Notes under the pieces: generated by a model
What the model was told of the DNA's origin: nothing
Database searches by the model: none
Seen by the model: the letters and a program-made list of their open reading frames with translations, nothing else
Shown: positions 7,976 to 17,671 of the stretch, in pieces
Layout: each line of letters starts with the position of its first letter
How positions within the stretch are numbered: position 1 is the first letter of the stretch
Made by a program: the position numbers and the translations under genes
NCBI GenBank assembly: GCA_046329555.1
Contig: JAXLUK010000005.1
Span: 188,801 to 252,800, forward strand
Source of the DNA: Chitinophagales bacterium
Lineage (GTDB): Bacteria > Bacteroidota > Bacteroidia > Chitinophagales > LD1
Reading direction: 5' to 3'
Length of the DNA stretch: 64,000 nucleotides

Positions 7976-9217
7976 ATGGAACTTACGCTATTGTACCTAA
8001 TTGTGGCCTTTCTGGTGGCTGAATACGCCCTGGGCCGTGTGTTAGAATGGTTAAACCACAGGCAATGGGCCGCTCCCGTTCCCGGTGAAATCGCCGATTT
8101 GTTCAATGCCGAAGAGCGGCAAAAAGCCGTGGCTTACGCCAGCCATCAGTACTATTTCCAACTGCTGTCGTCCACTGTATCGCTGGCTATTACGCTTAGT
8201 TTTTTGTTGAACGGCGGCTTTGCCTGGGCCGATGCGCTGGTGCGCAGTATGACCAACAACGAAACCCTTCGCGGACTGCTGTTTTTTGGCGGACTCATGG
8301 TGGCGTCGTCGCTGCTGATGATGCCATTTACCATTTACGACACCTTTGTGATTGAAGCCAAATACGGCTTCAATAAAACTACAGCCAGGGTTTTTATAGC
8401 GGATAAGATCAAGGAGTTTTTGCTGGGCGCCATTATTGGCGGACTGTTGTATGCGGTGCTGGCCTGGTTATACCAACAGTTTGGCACCAGTTTCTGGTGG
8501 ATGGCATGGGCGGTGGCCGGCGCCTTTGTGATTGGCATGGCAGCGTTTTATACTGCGGTGTTGCTTCCCATTTTCAACAAACTGACCCCGTTGGAAGAGG
8601 GGCCGGTAAGGCAGGCCATTGAAGCTTATGCCCAAAAAGTGACCTTTCCTTTGCAGAAAATTTTGGTGATGGATGGATCAACCCGGAGTTCGAAAGCCAA
8701 TGCTTTTTTCAGTGGGTTAGGCCGGCAGAAAAGCATTGTGTTGTACGATACGCTGCTCACCACGCTTAGCACCAATGAAATTACGGCGGTGCTGGCGCAC
8801 GAAGTAGGCCATTACAAGCACCGGCACATTTTGCAATCCATGGTATTGTCATTATTGCAGTTAGGCATTCTTTTTCTGTTGTTTGGCTGGGTAGCGGCGC
8901 ATCCTGCGCTGCCTCATGCGCTGGGGGCACAGGAGCCGGCGTTTTATCTGTCGCTGGTGGCCTTTGCGCTGTTGTATAGTCCGGTTGCGCTGTTAGTAGG
9001 TGTTTTCATGAATCTTTTCAGCAGGAAGAACGAGTACGAGGCCGATGCCTATGCGCGGACCACTTATTCAGAGGAGCCGCTTATTTCATCGCTTAAAAAA
9101 TTGTATGTCAACTCTTTAGGAAACCCCAATCCACATCCGGCCTACGTTTTTGTGCATTATTCGCATCCTACCTTAGTGCAGCGGATCCGCAAAATGCGGC
9201 AGGCAGCGGCGGGATAG
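7976..9217 (+). CDS. M48 family (Ste24/HtpX-like) zinc metallopeptidase
   Basis: [10 protein letters not shown] zinc motif and multiple TM segments. I prefer the ATG at 7976 (MELTLLY) over the GTG at 7949. Confidence 0.85.
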   Translation: MELTLLYLIVAFLVAEYALGRVLEWLNHRQWAAPVPGEIADLFNAEERQKAVAYASHQYYFQLLSSTVSLAITLSFLLNGGFAWADALVRSMTNNETLRGLLFFGGLMVASSLLMMPFTIYDTFVIEAKYGFNKTTARVFIADKIKEFLLGAIIGGLLYAVLAWLYQQFGTSFWWMAWAVAGAFVIGMAAFYTAVLLPIFNKLTPLEEGPVRQAIEAYAQKVTFPLQKILVMDGSTRSSKANAFFSGLGRQKSIVLYDTLLTTLSTNEITAVLAHEVGHYKHRHILQSMVLSLLQLGILFLLFGWVAAHPALPHALGAQEPAFYLSLVAFALLYSPVALLVGVFMNLFSRKNEYEADAYARTTYSEEPLISSLKKLYVNSLGNPNPHPAYVFVHYSHPTLVQRIRKMRQAAAG

Positions 9218-9251
9218 AGAAAATTCCCCTTCGTTTTCAAAAAAAGTTTTC

Positions 9252-9259
9252 TACATTTG
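9252..9259 (+). promoter_or_regulatory. Candidate -7 promoter box (TACATTTG) for rplU-rpmA
   Basis: Matches TAnnTTTG. Lies 21 nt upstream of the rplU ATG. Confidence 0.4.
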
Positions 9260-9279
9260 CCGTCCCAAAAAAATCGAGT

Positions 9280-9588
9280 ATGTACGCAATTGTAGAAATC
9301 GCAGGGCAGCAATTTAAGGCAGAGGCCGGAATGAAATTGTATGTGCACCGCTTAGCAGGTAACGAAGGCGACAAAGTGACTTTCGATAAAGTGTTGATGA
9401 CAGGCGCTGATGGCAAAGTAAAGGTGGGAACACCAACCGTAGCCGGTGTAGCGGTTAACGCCACTATCGTTTCGCACCGCCGCGGCGATAAGGTGATTAT
9501 CTTCAAAAAGAAGCGTCGTAAAGGCTACCGCAAGACCAACGGTCACCGTCAGTCGTTTACGCAAATTTCTATCGACAGCATCGCATAA
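9280..9588 (+). CDS. rplU: 50S ribosomal protein L21
   Basis: [17 protein letters not shown]...[26 protein letters not shown]. Classic L21 sequence with rpmA directly downstream. Confidence 0.95.
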   Translation: MYAIVEIAGQQFKAEAGMKLYVHRLAGNEGDKVTFDKVLMTGADGKVKVGTPTVAGVAVNATIVSHRRGDKVIIFKKKRRKGYRKTNGHRQSFTQISIDSIA

Positions 9589-9620
9589 TTCTATTTAAAA
9601 ACATTTAAAGAGCACAAGCC

Positions 9621-9878
9621 ATGGCACATAAGAAAGGGGAAGGTAAAGTAAAGAACGGCCGCGAATCGCATAGCAAGCGTCTGGGTATTAAATTATACGG
9701 TGGCGAAGCTGCCATTCCGGGAAATATTATTGTTCGTCAGCGCGGTACGGCCTACCATCCTGGTAAGGGTGTAGATATCGGTAAAGACCACACCATTTTT
9801 GCTGTAATTGAAGGCAAGGTGAAATTTACCCGCGGCGCTAACGACCGTCGCTTTGTGCATGTAGTTGCCGAAGCGTAA
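9621..9878 (+). CDS. rpmA: 50S ribosomal protein L27
   Basis: [28 protein letters not shown]...IIVRQRGT. Classic L27 N-terminus. Confidence 0.95.
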   Translation: MAHKKGEGKVKNGRESHSKRLGIKLYGGEAAIPGNIIVRQRGTAYHPGKGVDIGKDHTIFAVIEGKVKFTRGANDRRFVHVVAEA

Positions 9879-9897
9879 GTAGCAGATACTTTCAATG

Positions 9898-9934
9898 AAA
9901 AATCCTGTGTTTCGGCACGGGATTTTTTGTTTTA
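9898..9934 (+). terminator. Rho-independent terminator after rpmA
   Basis: Stem AATCCTGTG / CACGGGATT (9901-9924), loop TTTCGG, then TTTTTTGTTTT. Confidence 0.8.
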
Positions 9935-10094
9935 GCGCGGTTTGGGAAGTGGGCGTCGAGCGCGAAGGATGCGGCGGGCGAGGCGTAAGCCGAGGCCCGG
10001 AATGGCGCGAGGTACGAGCGCCATGCAGGGCGGGAGCGATAGCGTACCCCAGAGCAGCCTGGCCCGCCAGCAGGCGGGCGCGCCAAAAAAACCA
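9935..10094. repeat. GC-rich intergenic mosaic repeat (island 2)
   Basis: GC-rich block ending in GGCGGGCGCGCCAAAAAAAA. This is the reverse complement of the TTTTTTGGCG.GCCC terminus seen at 37896, 38380 and 43866. Shares the CGTACCTCGC and GCGATAGCG modules. Confidence 0.5.
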
Positions 10095-10139
10095 GAATAA
10101 TAAAACACCCGCAGCGCGCGATTACACTATTTTAGCGGG

Positions 10140-11072
10140 ATGCAAAACATAGCCATAGCCATACACGGCGGTGCCGGTACGATTGACAAAAACCAACTGA
10201 CGCCCGAAAAGGAAAAAGCCTATCGCGATGCACTGGAAGCCGCGCTGCGTGCGGGTTACAGCCTGTTGCAAGCCGGCGCCAGTAGTTTGGATGCGGTAGA
10301 GGCGGCGGTGATGAGTCTGGAAGATTGCGAGCTGTTTAACGCCGGCCGTGGCAGCGTGTACAACAATGCGGGCGGTCATGAAATGGATGCGTCTATCATG
10401 AACGGCAGCAATTTGATGGCCGGAGCAGTTTCGTTGGTGAAGAACATTAAAAACCCAGTGCATCTGGCGCGGGTGGTGATGGAACAATCGAATCATGTGC
10501 TGCTGGCCGGTGAAGGCGCCGAGGCGTTTGCGCGGCTGAAGGAGATTGAATTTTGCGACGATAGTTATTTCCACACCGATTTCCGCTACCAGCAATGGCT
10601 ACGGGTAAAGGGTGAAGAGGGCGCGCACCTGGATCATTCGGTGGTGGTAGACGAGAAGAAATTTGGCACGGTGGGCGCTGTGGCGCTGGATGCGCAGGGG
10701 CATTTGGCGGCGGCCACCTCAACAGGCGGAATGACGAATAAAAAATTTGGGCGTATTGGCGATTCACCGCTGATTGGTGCGGGATGTTATGCCGATGACC
10801 AGACTTGTGCGGTGAGTTGTACGGGTGATGGCGAGTTTTTTATCAGAAGTGTGGCGGCGTATGATGTGGCCTGCCGCATGGCGTATCAAGGGCTTTCGCT
10901 GCCGGCAGCGGCCGATGAAGTGGTGATGAATAAGCTGGTGGCCATGGGCGGGGAAGGCGGATTGATTGCGATGGATAAGAACGGGCGGGTAGCCATGCCG
11001 TTTAATTCAACCGGCATGTACCGGGCTTTTATTAGCACCGATGGCACGGTAACGGTGGGTATTTACCGTTGA
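10140..11072 (+). CDS. Isoaspartyl peptidase / L-asparaginase (Ntn hydrolase)
   Basis: KKFGTVGAVALD autoprocessing-site Thr, then STGGMTNKKFGRIGDSPLIGAGCYA. Confidence 0.9.
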   Translation: MQNIAIAIHGGAGTIDKNQLTPEKEKAYRDALEAALRAGYSLLQAGASSLDAVEAAVMSLEDCELFNAGRGSVYNNAGGHEMDASIMNGSNLMAGAVSLVKNIKNPVHLARVVMEQSNHVLLAGEGAEAFARLKEIEFCDDSYFHTDFRYQQWLRVKGEEGAHLDHSVVVDEKKFGTVGAVALDAQGHLAAATSTGGMTNKKFGRIGDSPLIGAGCYADDQTCAVSCTGDGEFFIRSVAAYDVACRMAYQGLSLPAAADEVVMNKLVAMGGEGGLIAMDKNGRVAMPFNSTGMYRAFISTDGTVTVGIYR

Positions 11073-11103
11073 GGTATGGCCGGAATTCGCTACATTTAGT
11101 TTT

Positions 11104-11541
11104 ATGAAAACAGTTTTTCTGGCCATTGCGGTATTGTTGTACAGCGGTGTTTTTGCTCAGGCGAAAGATCCTATTTGCCGGGTGTGGTACAATGAGGAAA
11201 AGGACTCGAAGGTGGAGGTGTATGCCACTGCCAACGGCACGTATCAGGCGAAGGTAGTGTGGCTGAAGGAGCCGGTGTTGAACGGCAAGACGCGGGTAGA
11301 TGAGAAAAATCCGAATGAAAAACTGCGGAATCGTCCCATTATGGGATTGGTGTTTTTATGGAATCTGAAGAAAAGCCCCGATGAGAAAGATTTTTACGTA
11401 GACGGAAAAATTTACGATCCGAAAAACGGCAAAACATACGACTGCCGGATGACGTTCAAGGGCGACCACATTGATTTACGCGGTTATGTGCTGGGCATGC
11501 CTTTTTTAGGCAGAACCTCGGTATGGACTAAGGCCGATTAA
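11104..11541 (+). CDS. DUF2147-like secreted protein
   Basis: Signal peptide. GKIYDPKNGKTYDCRMTFKGDHIDLRGYV...GRTSVWTK pattern. Confidence 0.65.
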   Translation: MKTVFLAIAVLLYSGVFAQAKDPICRVWYNEEKDSKVEVYATANGTYQAKVVWLKEPVLNGKTRVDEKNPNEKLRNRPIMGLVFLWNLKKSPDEKDFYVDGKIYDPKNGKTYDCRMTFKGDHIDLRGYVLGMPFLGRTSVWTKAD

Positions 11542-11549
11542 GCGGCGGT

Positions 11550-12305
11550 TTATCCTTTTTCTTCGCTCACCAGGCTAGCCGAAATGAAATCGCGGTTCAG
11601 GCGGGCGATGTTGGTGAGTTTAATTTCTTTCGGGCATTCGGCTTCACAGGCACCGATGTTAGAACAGTTACCAAAACCTTCGGCATCCATTTGTTCCACC
11701 ATTTTCATGGCGCGCAGATCGCGTTCTGGTTGTCCTTGCGGATACAGCGCCAAATGCGAAATTTTAGCACTAACGAACAGCATGGCGGCGCTGTTAGGGC
11801 AAGCTGCTACGCAGGCACCACAGCCGATACAGGCGGCCGCATCCATGGCTTTTTCGGCATCCAGTTTTTCAACCGGAATGGCGTTGGCGTCTTGCGCCTG
11901 ACCGGTGTTGACGCTGATAAATCCACCGGCAGCAATAATGCGGTCGAAGGCGGAGCGATCGGTAGCCAAATCTTTTATTACCGGGAATGCTTTGGCGCGC
12001 CACGGTTCTACGTAAATGGTCTCGCCGTCTTTGAAATGGCGCATGTACAACTGGCAGGTAGTGGTGCCGTGCAAAGGCCCGTGAGCGCGGCCATTGATGT
12101 ACATCGAGCACATGCCACAGATACCTTCGCGGCAATCGTGGTCGAACGCAATAGGGTCTTCGTTGCCTGCGATGAGTTGTTCATTGAGCACATCAATCAT
12201 TTCCAGAAAGCTCATATCGCCGTGGATATTATCGATGCTATAATCTTTCAACTGGCCTTTTGTATTGGCATTTGCCTGCCGCCAAACTTTAAGATTGAAT
12301 TTCAT
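11550..12305 (-). CDS. sdhB: Succinate dehydrogenase/fumarate reductase iron-sulfur subunit
   Basis: Cys clusters [23 protein letters not shown] and [12 protein letters not shown]. Downstream of sdhA. Confidence 0.9.
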   Translation of the reverse strand: MKFNLKVWRQANANTKGQLKDYSIDNIHGDMSFLEMIDVLNEQLIAGNEDPIAFDHDCREGICGMCSMYINGRAHGPLHGTTTCQLYMRHFKDGETIYVEPWRAKAFPVIKDLATDRSAFDRIIAAGGFISVNTGQAQDANAIPVEKLDAEKAMDAAACIGCGACVAACPNSAAMLFVSAKISHLALYPQGQPERDLRAMKMVEQMDAEGFGNCSNIGACEAECPKEIKLTNIARLNRDFISASLVSEEKG

Positions 12306-12340
12306 TGTTGTTGTTTGAGGATCAAAAAATCGCTTCTTAT

Positions 12341-14275
<1,935 letters not shown>

Positions 14276-14278
14276 ATT

Positions 14279-14794
14279 TTATTTTAAGAGGGTTGCTATT
14301 AATTGTTGAACATCTTCAAATTCTGCTTCAAGTTTAGTGAGATTTAATTTGGGAAGCATAGTAGCGGCATCTTTTACTTTATGATATTTTTTAGGTCGAA
14401 CCAAGTTGGCAAGATATTGGTCGGGCTGTTCGATCTCTATGGCCTTTCTTGGAACAGTTGGGGTGTTTTGCAAATTGAAACAATCTTTAATCACTTCTGG
14501 TTGAGAAAGGAACCAAGATTCCATTTTTTGAACCATAAAAAACACCCTATTGGCGTCTTTAGCTTTTATTTTCAGGTTAGATAAGCGGCGGTTTCTGGTT
14601 TCCTGGTTTCCGTCTAAATCAACAACTAAAAATTTATGTTCACTGGTGTCAGGATGATAAAATTTATATGTAGCTTCTGAATCAGGACCCTCAAGGTTCA
14701 GTTTAAAGCGATTGCCCCTTACCTTTTGCTGAAGCAACTGGCTAAAACCCGGGCGCAATTGTTTGTCGCCTTCTATGAACAACTGTTTTACCAT
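14279..14794 (-). CDS. Toprim-like (DUF4276-like) putative nuclease, partner of the upstream ATPase
   Basis: 171 aa. Acidic motifs E8 (LFIEGD), D59-x-D61 (LVVDLDG) and E92 (QKMESWFL) are spaced as in Toprim/DUF4276 proteins as I recall them. Overlaps the ATPase gene by 7 nt. Stop codon lies 3 nt before the sdhA ATG. Confidence 0.55.
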   Translation of the reverse strand: MVKQLFIEGDKQLRPGFSQLLQQKVRGNRFKLNLEGPDSEATYKFYHPDTSEHKFLVVDLDGNQETRNRRLSNLKIKAKDANRVFFMVQKMESWFLSQPEVIKDCFNLQNTPTVPRKAIEIEQPDQYLANLVRPKKYHKVKDAATMLPKLNLTKLEAEFEDVQQLIATLLK

Positions 14795-15885
14795 CGGTTA
14801 CCTCCTATATTTCCCTTCATCCACATATCACCTAAAAGGTAGGTGTCATACCAACCTTCGAACTCCTGTTGTTTTAGTTCTTTGACGATAGTGGCATTGT
14901 TTTCATCTTTTTCGAACACGCGAATATCTTCAAAAGTAAACCAGTTAAGCAGTTGCGGGGAGTGAGTAGATAGGATGATTTGGGAAGTTTGTGCGGCGTA
15001 TTGAATTCCTTCTGCCACGGCATGAAGCATATCGGGATGAAGGCCGTTTTCCGGCTCATCCAGGCAAATAAGCTGCCCGCGGTTTGGGTTGTAGAGGATG
15101 GCTAGTAAAGCCAAAAATTTAATTGACCCGTCAGATAGCAAATAGGCCGGGGTTGTTTTCTCAAAACCAGTTTCCTTGATTCCAAAAGTCATGGAATCCA
15201 AAACCGGAATGACCTTTAGTTTTTCATAGTTTCCATTAACCTTTTGCAAGTTCTTTTCAATCAAATCAAAATGCAAAGCATGATTTATCGAAAGGAAGTT
15301 GATGACATTGCTCAAGTTTCTTAAATCAGGTCGTAGGACTTTGTCGGAGGTGTACGTCAATGCTTTCCTAACTATTGCATCCTCTGACGTATCGAAAATC
15401 CCATAACTATAAATATTGTCTGCAGCGCTAATAAGATTTGCGAAAGCTACTGAAACGTCTTTTTCGCCTTCACTGTCATGATAGTTTGAGTATACCCGCT
15501 CTCCCCCGGCTAGAACTGTCGGAGAGAAGGAAAAAATCCCTAATCCCGGAAATTTGAAATTGGCGAGGTAAGTCAAGGGCCTAGGTGCTTCGGTATCATG
15601 ACGCTTGTAACTCACAAAATTTTGATCGAACTCAAACAAAAGTTCCGAAAACGTCGTTCCGCTTTGATAGTGCATCATCCCGTTTTGCCCCTTCCATTTA
15701 TGTAGAACCAAACTACCGATGTCTTCAATATTTTCTTTAGGAAGAATTTTGAATAATTCAATCGCCTTCAACAAATTACTCTTACCACTGCCGTTAATAC
15801 CCACCAACACATTCACTCCGGGATTGAGATTAATGGTACAATCCTGAAAGCTGAAAAAATTTTGAAGGCGGATGCTCTTGATCAT
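14788..15885 (-). CDS. ABC/SMC-like ATPase (AAA_21 / COG4637-like)
   Basis: Walker A GINGSGKSN, signature-like LSDGSIKFLALL, Walker B LICLDEPENGLHP, H-loop STHSPQLL, C-terminal LGDMWMKGNIGGNRW. The ATG lies 1 nt after the sdhC stop. Confidence 0.8.
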   Translation of the reverse strand: MIKSIRLQNFFSFQDCTINLNPGVNVLVGINGSGKSNLLKAIELFKILPKENIEDIGSLVLHKWKGQNGMMHYQSGTTFSELLFEFDQNFVSYKRHDTEAPRPLTYLANFKFPGLGIFSFSPTVLAGGERVYSNYHDSEGEKDVSVAFANLISAADNIYSYGIFDTSEDAIVRKALTYTSDKVLRPDLRNLSNVINFLSINHALHFDLIEKNLQKVNGNYEKLKVIPVLDSMTFGIKETGFEKTTPAYLLSDGSIKFLALLAILYNPNRGQLICLDEPENGLHPDMLHAVAEGIQYAAQTSQIILSTHSPQLLNWFTFEDIRVFEKDENNATIVKELKQQEFEGWYDTYLLGDMWMKGNIGGNRW

Positions 15886-15886
15886 T

Positions 15887-16573
15887 TTATTTCACCAATT
15901 GGAAAAAAAACGCCAGCGGCATAGAAGCGAAAATCAGCGGTACGATAATCGAAAACGCCACTCCGGCAATATGAATAACCTGATTGTATTTAACATGGTT
16001 CCATCCCATAGTTTGGAAGGCGCTGCCAAATCCGTGCAACAGGTGCCAGAACAGCGAGAAGCAGCCGAGCAGGTAGATGACTACGGTATACCATTCCTGA
16101 AATTCAAGCTGCATCATGGTAAACAAGTTGAGTTCTTCACCGTGAAGGAATTGATAGGCGCGGTTCGGGATCCAGAAATGGGCAGTGTGGACCACTAGAA
16201 ACAACAGGATGATAGTGCCTAACAATGCCATGCTGCGGCTGTACCAGGTGGTTTTTCCGTCGGATGCGGTTTTGGCGTATTTCACCGGCCGAGCGGCCCG
16301 GTTTTGAAAATAGAGCAGCAAGCCGTCAACGATGTGAATCAGAAATCCGGCAACTAGTCCGATTTCCATAATACGGATGATGGGATTGGTGCCCATAAAA
16401 TGAGCGTATTTGGAAAAGGTAACGCCTCCATCGTTATAAAACACCATGGCATTAATGGCACAGTGTACAATCAGGAAGGTAATCAGGAAAAGTCCGGTAA
16501 GCGCCATAAACACCTTCTTTCCGATAGAACTTTGAAAGAAAACCGAAGGTTTGGCTGCGGTGGTAGTACTCAT
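15887..16573 (-). CDS. sdhC: Succinate dehydrogenase/fumarate reductase cytochrome b subunit (b558-type)
   Basis: 228 aa with five hydrophobic helices bearing conserved His residues. First gene of the sdh cluster. Confidence 0.85.
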   Translation of the reverse strand: MSTTTAAKPSVFFQSSIGKKVFMALTGLFLITFLIVHCAINAMVFYNDGGVTFSKYAHFMGTNPIIRIMEIGLVAGFLIHIVDGLLLYFQNRAARPVKYAKTASDGKTTWYSRSMALLGTIILLFLVVHTAHFWIPNRAYQFLHGEELNLFTMMQLEFQEWYTVVIYLLGCFSLFWHLLHGFGSAFQTMGWNHVKYNQVIHIAGVAFSIIVPLIFASMPLAFFFQLVK

Positions 16574-16590
16574 AGTAGATAATTACATGA

Positions 16591-16598
16591 CAAACATA
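16591..16598 (-). promoter_or_regulatory. Candidate -7 promoter box (TATGTTTG on minus strand) for the sdh operon
   Basis: Matches TAnnTTTG 18 nt upstream of the sdhC ATG. I found no comparable box in front of the ATPase, Toprim-like or sdhA genes. Confidence 0.4.
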
Positions 16599-16732
16599 AG
16601 GCGGTAATCCAAATTAAGAAACAGAAAAAGAAGGAAATAGTTGAGTAATTGTGTTGAAATTAGGGCATTAGTGCTGTTGCAAACGGTACAATAAGCCCGG
16701 GCGTTTGCCGTTGTTTAGCTACATTCGCGGCC

Positions 16733-17587
16733 GTGAAAAAACCGGGTCATCTTTGTTTGGTGTTGTGTGCGCTACTGGCTGCAATGGCCGTGCGTGCGCA
16801 GTTTCACGAAGTGGGCCTTTGGGGCGGCGTAGCCAATTACTATGGCGATTTGAACCAACAATTCGGGGTGAAGTATGTGCGCCCCGCAGGAGGGGTTTTC
16901 TACCGCTACAACATCAGCTCTCGATTTGCCGCAAAAGGCTGTGTGAGCTACGGGGAGGTAGAAGGGCATGATGCCGCGTCTTCCAGCGCCCGGCAGCAAT
17001 TGCGCAATTTGTCGTTTCGCAGCAGTATAGCCGATCTGACCGCCACATTTGAATTCAATTTTTTCAAATTCGATAAATCGAAACCCAAGAAATATTGGTT
17101 TTCGCCTTATCTGGCCACTGGTGTAGGCATTTTCTTTTTCAATCCAAAAGCGGAATACAAGGGGAAGTGGTATTACTTGCAGCCGTTGGGTACAGAAGGA
17201 CAAAACGACCCCAGCTATTCAGGGGTGAAGAAATACAATCTCTATAGTTTTCATATTCCGATTGAAGGCGGATTTAAGTTTCATATCTATCAGAACTGGA
17301 ACATCAATCTGATTGTTTCCGTGCATAAAACGTTTACCGATTATCTGGATGATGTGAGCGGGAATTACCCCACAACGGTATCGTTGCCCGGCGGATCACA
17401 TGGCATTGCGGCGGCATTGAGCGACCGTAGCGGCGAGGTGAACGGCGGGGAAAATGCCGGAAGAGCCGGCTATCAACGGGGGGAAACCAGTAAGAAGGAC
17501 GACTTCGTGTTTGTGGGCGTTTCTGTCTCCTACACCTTCATGAGTATGCAGTGCCCCACGCCCAGCAATGGCTGGACTTTCCGATGA
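16733..17587 (+). CDS. Outer-membrane beta-barrel protein (DUF6089-like)
   Basis: GTG start, signal peptide ...AAMAVRAQ. FHEVGLWGGVANYYGDLN N-terminal motif. Alternating beta pattern. Confidence 0.6.
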   Translation: MKKPGHLCLVLCALLAAMAVRAQFHEVGLWGGVANYYGDLNQQFGVKYVRPAGGVFYRYNISSRFAAKGCVSYGEVEGHDAASSSARQQLRNLSFRSSIADLTATFEFNFFKFDKSKPKKYWFSPYLATGVGIFFFNPKAEYKGKWYYLQPLGTEGQNDPSYSGVKKYNLYSFHIPIEGGFKFHIYQNWNINLIVSVHKTFTDYLDDVSGNYPTTVSLPGGSHGIAAALSDRSGEVNGGENAGRAGYQRGETSKKDDFVFVGVSVSYTFMSMQCPTPSNGWTFR

Positions 17588-17671
17588 CACTGTCATTTTT
17601 TTGTAAAACCAACTGTACCCCAGTAGGAACCTTCGATTTTACTAATATATTCGTTTTCGAATTTTTCAACA

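Larger units (their letters stand above)
14276..15892 (-). mobile_element. ~1.6-kb AT-rich two-gene insertion cassette bounded by 9-nt direct repeats (no recombinase seen)
   Basis: ATTTTATTT (plus strand) occurs at 14276-14284 and 15884-15892. Spot GC counts on 60-nt lines give 30-47% inside versus 57-58% in the flanking sdh genes. The cassette interrupts an otherwise canonical sdhC-sdhA-sdhB order. Confidence 0.5.

Noticed and set aside
14276-15892. I looked for a transposase, integrase, tRNA attachment site or terminal inverted repeats that would define the sdh-embedded cassette as a classical mobile element.
   Set aside because: I found none. Only the 9-nt direct repeat and the compositional shift are present, so the mobile-element label stays tentative.
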